DNA of 57,430 nucleotides. Source: Candidatus Limnocylindrales bacterium. GTDB lineage: Bacteria; Chloroflexota; Limnocylindria; Limnocylindrales; CSP1-4. The notes below the pieces were generated by a model, which worked only from the letters and a program-made list of their open reading frames with translations, searched no databases and was not told the origin of the DNA. This document shows, piece by piece, positions 54,491 through 57,430 of this stretch; position 1 is the stretch's first letter; each line of letters starts with the position of its first letter. Both the position numbers and the translations under genes were made by a program. The stretch lies in contig DASWGY010000137.1 in the NCBI GenBank assembly GCA_036393495.1, positions 1 through 57,430 of the forward strand. Reading direction: 5' to 3'.

Positions 54491-55666
54491 ATGACCCAAC
54501 TGCTGGCGAGCCTGCCGGGCGATGACCACGACGTGGGAGTGACGGCCACGGGTGCAGCCTTGGTCGAGACATCTGGAGCCGAGGAGCAGATCTCGGTCGC
54601 CTCCCAGTGGCGCCTGATGTGGTGGCGGTTCAGGAAGCACAAGCTGGCGCTGCTTGGGGCGATCGTCGTGGCGTTGTTCTACGTGGCGGCGCTCGGGGCG
54701 GATTTCTTCGCTTACTCGAACCCCTACGACTCGGGCTCGGTCCGGGCCAACGTGCCGCCTCAGCCGATCTACTTCTTCGACAACGGCGAGTTCGGCCCGT
54801 TCGTCTACGGGTTGAAGCGGGAACGGGACACGGCCACGCTCAAGCTCATCTATACAGCCGACCCGAGCGTAAAGATTCCGCTCCAGTTCTTCGCCAAGGG
54901 GTTCGAGTACGACTTCCTCGGCATCTTCCCCGCGGACGTCCACATCATCGGTCCCGTGGATGGCGCGGCCGAGGAGACGATCTACCTGCTCGGAACCGAC
55001 ATCCAGGGTCGAGACCTGTGGTCGCGGATCATGTTCGGGACCCGAACATCGCTCACCATCGGCCTCGCCGGGGTGTTGCTGAGCCTCGTCCTCGGCGTCG
55101 TGCTAGGGGGTATCTCCGGGTTCTTCGGAGGTTGGGTGGACACGCTCATCCAGCGTCTCATCGAGATCATCCGGTCGGTCCCGGTGATCCCCCTCTGGCT
55201 CGGTCTGACGGCCGCGATGCCGAAGGACTGGGACATCCTCCTCGTCTACTTCTTCATCACGATCATCATCTCGTTCATCGGCTGGACCGAGCTGGGGCGC
55301 GTCGTCCGAGGTCGGTTCCTCGCCCTCCGCCACGAGGACTTCGTGGCGGCTGCCGAGCTCGCCGGCAGCAGCACCCGGCGGATCATCTTCGTCCACATGC
55401 TGCCGCTGTTGACGAGCCACATCATCGCGGCCACCACCCTGGCCCTGCCGGTCATGATCATCAGCGAGACGTCGCTGAGCTTCCTTGGCCTCGGGCTCCG
55501 TATCCCGGCGATCTCGTGGGGGACCCTCCTTCATGACGCCCAGAACGTCCAGGCCCTCGCGATCACCCCGTGGCTGCTGATCGTTGCCATTCCGGTGATC
55601 GTCGCGATCCTGGCCTTCAACCTCTTCGGTGACGGGCTCCGCGACGCTGCGGACCCGTACGCCTGA
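54491..55666 (+). CDS. Peptide/nickel-type ABC transporter permease (DppC/OppC-like) with long N-terminal extension
   Basis: LGTDIQGRDLWSRIMFGTRTSL, the EAA-like loop FVAAAELAGSSTRRI and ISWGTLL. Confidence 0.85.
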   Translation: MTQLLASLPGDDHDVGVTATGAALVETSGAEEQISVASQWRLMWWRFRKHKLALLGAIVVALFYVAALGADFFAYSNPYDSGSVRANVPPQPIYFFDNGEFGPFVYGLKRERDTATLKLIYTADPSVKIPLQFFAKGFEYDFLGIFPADVHIIGPVDGAAEETIYLLGTDIQGRDLWSRIMFGTRTSLTIGLAGVLLSLVLGVVLGGISGFFGGWVDTLIQRLIEIIRSVPVIPLWLGLTAAMPKDWDILLVYFFITIIISFIGWTELGRVVRGRFLALRHEDFVAAAELAGSSTRRIIFVHMLPLLTSHIIAATTLALPVMIISETSLSFLGLGLRIPAISWGTLLHDAQNVQALAITPWLLIVAIPVIVAILAFNLFGDGLRDAADPYA

Positions 55667-55689
55667 GCCACACAGGGCGACCTTCGGAC

Positions 55690-56130
55690 GTGCACGGGGA
55701 CGACGAGACGGACCGGCCCGGCCGAACGCCGCTGCGGATCCCGGGGACGGATCCCGCCCCGTCGTACTCGCCCGCGATCGCAGCCGACGGCTTCGTGTTC
55801 ATTTCAGGCCAGCTGGGGCTCGACCCGGAGACCGAGGTCATGGCCGACGGCGTCGAGGCCCAGGCGGCCCAGGCCCTCGAGAACGTCGCCTCGCTCCTGG
55901 CGGTCGCGGGACTGTCGCTCTCCGACCTCGTCAGGACGACCGTCCTCCTGACCCGAATGGAGGATGGCGCGGCCGTCGCGGCCGTTTGCAGCCGCCATCT
56001 GTCCGAGCCACGGCCCGCCCGGTCGATGTATGCCGTGGCCGCCCTACCGAGGGGCGCTCTCGTGGAGATCGATGGGATCGCGATCCGGCCGTCCGCAAGC
56101 AATCGGCGCGATCGGTCGACGAGCCGCTAG
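55690..56130 (+). CDS. RidA/YjgF-family reactive-intermediate (enamine/imine) deaminase
   Basis: YSPAIAADGFVFISGQLGLDPE..., and the C-terminal PARSMYAVAALPRGALVEIDGIA. GTG start. Confidence 0.85.
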   Translation: MHGDDETDRPGRTPLRIPGTDPAPSYSPAIAADGFVFISGQLGLDPETEVMADGVEAQAAQALENVASLLAVAGLSLSDLVRTTVLLTRMEDGAAVAAVCSRHLSEPRPARSMYAVAALPRGALVEIDGIAIRPSASNRRDRSTSR

Positions 56131-57320
56131 ACGAGGTCCTCCGGCCGGATCAGCTCGACGTCGTCGGTCGGCGGCTCAAGCCGGTAGGCCGACAGGAACT
56201 TGGCGCCGGTACGGGTGCAGTCCCCGTTGCAGGGGCACTCGGGGGCGTTTACGGCATAGCTCGGCACGAAGTACTTGTGGGCAAGTTGGAGGGCCTCCTC
56301 CTCCGAGATCCCCCATGACGACCACTGGGGTCGCGACGCCTCCGCGACCTTCACGGGGTCACCGAGGCGCCAGAGCATCGAGAACCGATCCGGGACCGAG
56401 ATCCCGAGGGCCATCGCCACGATCGAGATGTAGTGACGGATCGCGAGCCGCTCGCTCGCGAACTTGCCGAGCTCCCGGGTACAGCCGTGATAGAGCGTGA
56501 CGATCGCGTCGGCGCCAGCGTCTGCGACGTAGGCCTCGAGTGCGGACTGGGCGTCGAGGTACTCCTGGGTTCCGATCGTTGCCAGTCGCGGTCCCGCGTT
56601 GTCGCACAGTCCGAGGGTGGGCGTCTCGGCAAGCCCGATGACCTCGACGCCCGGGACGCGCCGGAGCAGGTCCATCGCGACCGGCGGATGGGCATCGCGG
56701 ACGCGGTGCTCGCCAAGGTGGCCGTGGACGAGGACCTTTGTCGGGACCGACGTCTGCCATGGCGTCGCCGACCCGAGCGCGTCGAGGCGACGAATGAGGA
56801 AGGACGCCAAGCCCGTGCTCTTGAAGTCGATCCCGACCTCCGGCTCAACGACGTCCGAGAATTGCATCTCGCACGCCGAGCACCACTGGATCGCCGTGCG
56901 CGGGGCGTAGGAGGCCATGCGCTTGACCGACGAGCGGACGACCTGGCGCGCCGCGTCGTGGAGGCCGTTGTTGCTGTAGGGCTTGCCGCAGCAGAATTGC
57001 TGCCCAGCGACGGCTGCGAAGTCGACGCCGAGGGCTTCGAAGACGGCCACAGCCTCCCGCATCAGGTGCGGCGTCTGGCGAACATTGCAGCCGAAGTTGA
57101 GCAGGACGTCGACCGGCCGCTCAGGGGCGGTGTGGCGTTCTGTCCAAGCTGATTCATCGCGCGAGACCTGGAGGTGCTCGCGCTCGATCATCGTTCGGTA
57201 GAAGGCAGGGTACGCGAAATCCGTCTTGGTCGGCCCGTCCTCTGGCATGGTCGGTTCGTCGGGGTTCAGCGAGGTCACCGAGCGCACAGGAGGCCCGGGG
57301 ATGGTGGCGTCGGTTGTCAT
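56127..57320 (-). CDS. CCG-domain (HdrB/GlcF/LutA-like) Fe-S oxidoreductase subunit
   Basis: The first CCG domain is complete (NFGC...FCCGKPY...WCSAC). The second is degenerate (GLCDNAG...YHGCT). ATG at 57320 lies 7 nt after a TATCAT box, so the gene may be leaderless. Confidence 0.7.
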   Translation of the reverse strand: MTTDATIPGPPVRSVTSLNPDEPTMPEDGPTKTDFAYPAFYRTMIEREHLQVSRDESAWTERHTAPERPVDVLLNFGCNVRQTPHLMREAVAVFEALGVDFAAVAGQQFCCGKPYSNNGLHDAARQVVRSSVKRMASYAPRTAIQWCSACEMQFSDVVEPEVGIDFKSTGLASFLIRRLDALGSATPWQTSVPTKVLVHGHLGEHRVRDAHPPVAMDLLRRVPGVEVIGLAETPTLGLCDNAGPRLATIGTQEYLDAQSALEAYVADAGADAIVTLYHGCTRELGKFASERLAIRHYISIVAMALGISVPDRFSMLWRLGDPVKVAEASRPQWSSWGISEEEALQLAHKYFVPSYAVNAPECPCNGDCTRTGAKFLSAYRLEPPTDDVELIRPEDLV

Positions 57321-57326
57321 GAGATC

Positions 57327-57361
57327 GATGATATCACGATGTGATATCACTGTCCGATATC
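57327..57361. promoter_or_regulatory. Three GATATC hexamers at exact 13-bp spacing upstream of the CCG-protein gene
   Basis: GATGATATCACGATGTGATATCACTGTCCGATATC. It contains the palindromes TGATATCA and GTGATATCAC. Confidence 0.6.
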
Positions 57362-57430
57362 CAGAGTCTTGGCGCGGACGGGACGATCGTCACCTGGCCG
57401 GCGACACTGACGGAGGAAAGAAGTGCGAGA

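Noticed and set aside
26764-57361. GATATC enrichment explained as restriction-site (EcoRV-type) avoidance in coding DNA, or simply AT-richer intergenic DNA
   Set aside because: Avoidance would not produce exact 13-bp phasing, repeated extended contexts (ACGATATCGT twice, TGATATCnnGATGTGATATCnCTG twice), or restriction to promoter regions in the right half only. The intergenic regions of the left 23 kb lack the hexamer.
1-57430. CRISPR arrays, tRNA or rRNA genes, integrases, transposases, phage genes, toxin-antitoxin pairs or known defence-system genes
   Set aside because: I saw no regularly spaced repeats beyond those listed, no tRNA-like cloverleaf candidates in the few non-coding stretches, and no product with recombinase, nuclease or defence hallmarks. 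This was an eye scan only, so a tRNAscan, Rfam, CRISPR-finder or defence-system-finder run would be the decisive check.

Overview
This is a very GC-rich (roughly 70% by eye) chromosomal segment. The style suggests Actinomycetota or Chloroflexota, but I cannot decide from sequence alone. It is densely packed with about 50 protein-coding genes. I found no rRNA, tRNA, CRISPR array, integrase or transposase. Most long ORFs in the supplied track are Arg/Pro/Ala/Gly-rich alternate-frame or antisense artefacts of the GC content, so I called genes only where the translation shows recognisable family motifs. The left part (1-23 kb) is mostly housekeeping or regulatory. It holds an Asp-box lipoprotein (partial, missing from the ORF track), a tyrosine phosphatase, TrkH/TrkA, an ABC-2 exporter, a family-5-like uracil-DNA glycosylase, dnaJ-prmA, a HIT protein, an OmpR-type response regulator, a GT4 glycosyltransferase, a GDE-type glucosidase, a cytoplasmic multi-PAS/GAF histidine kinase and a transketolase-like protein with degenerate catalytic motifs. 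The right part (23-57 kb) is a run of catabolic or transport modules. It holds a non-Pyl MttB-family methyltransferase, an FAD oxidoreductase, an 8-gene operon (described next), an MmgE/PrpD protein, dapL-dapF, a molybdopterin oxidoreductase, an MFS transporter, PadR, an LLM oxidoreductase, OppDF-like ATPases, ChrA, an amidohydrolase, an amidase, DppBC-like permeases, RidA and a CCG Fe-S protein. Two signals seem most worth a second look. (1) The 8-gene operon (28.1-35.9 kb, minus strand) is translationally coupled. It joins two-subunit aconitase X, a two-cysteine racemase-fold protein, four tandem diverged Ldh_2-family paralogs (three lack the family's N-terminal His) and an embedded FhuF-like [2Fe-2S] protein. 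(2) A GATATC-cored motif, often palindromic and often in 13-bp phased arrays, sits in nine of the ten promoter regions between 26.7 and 57.4 kb, with a related GGTATCGT upstream of the MttB gene. It is absent from the promoter regions of the first 23 kb, which suggests one unidentified regulator over a ~31-kb supercluster. All start codons below are my choices and are less certain than the gene calls.
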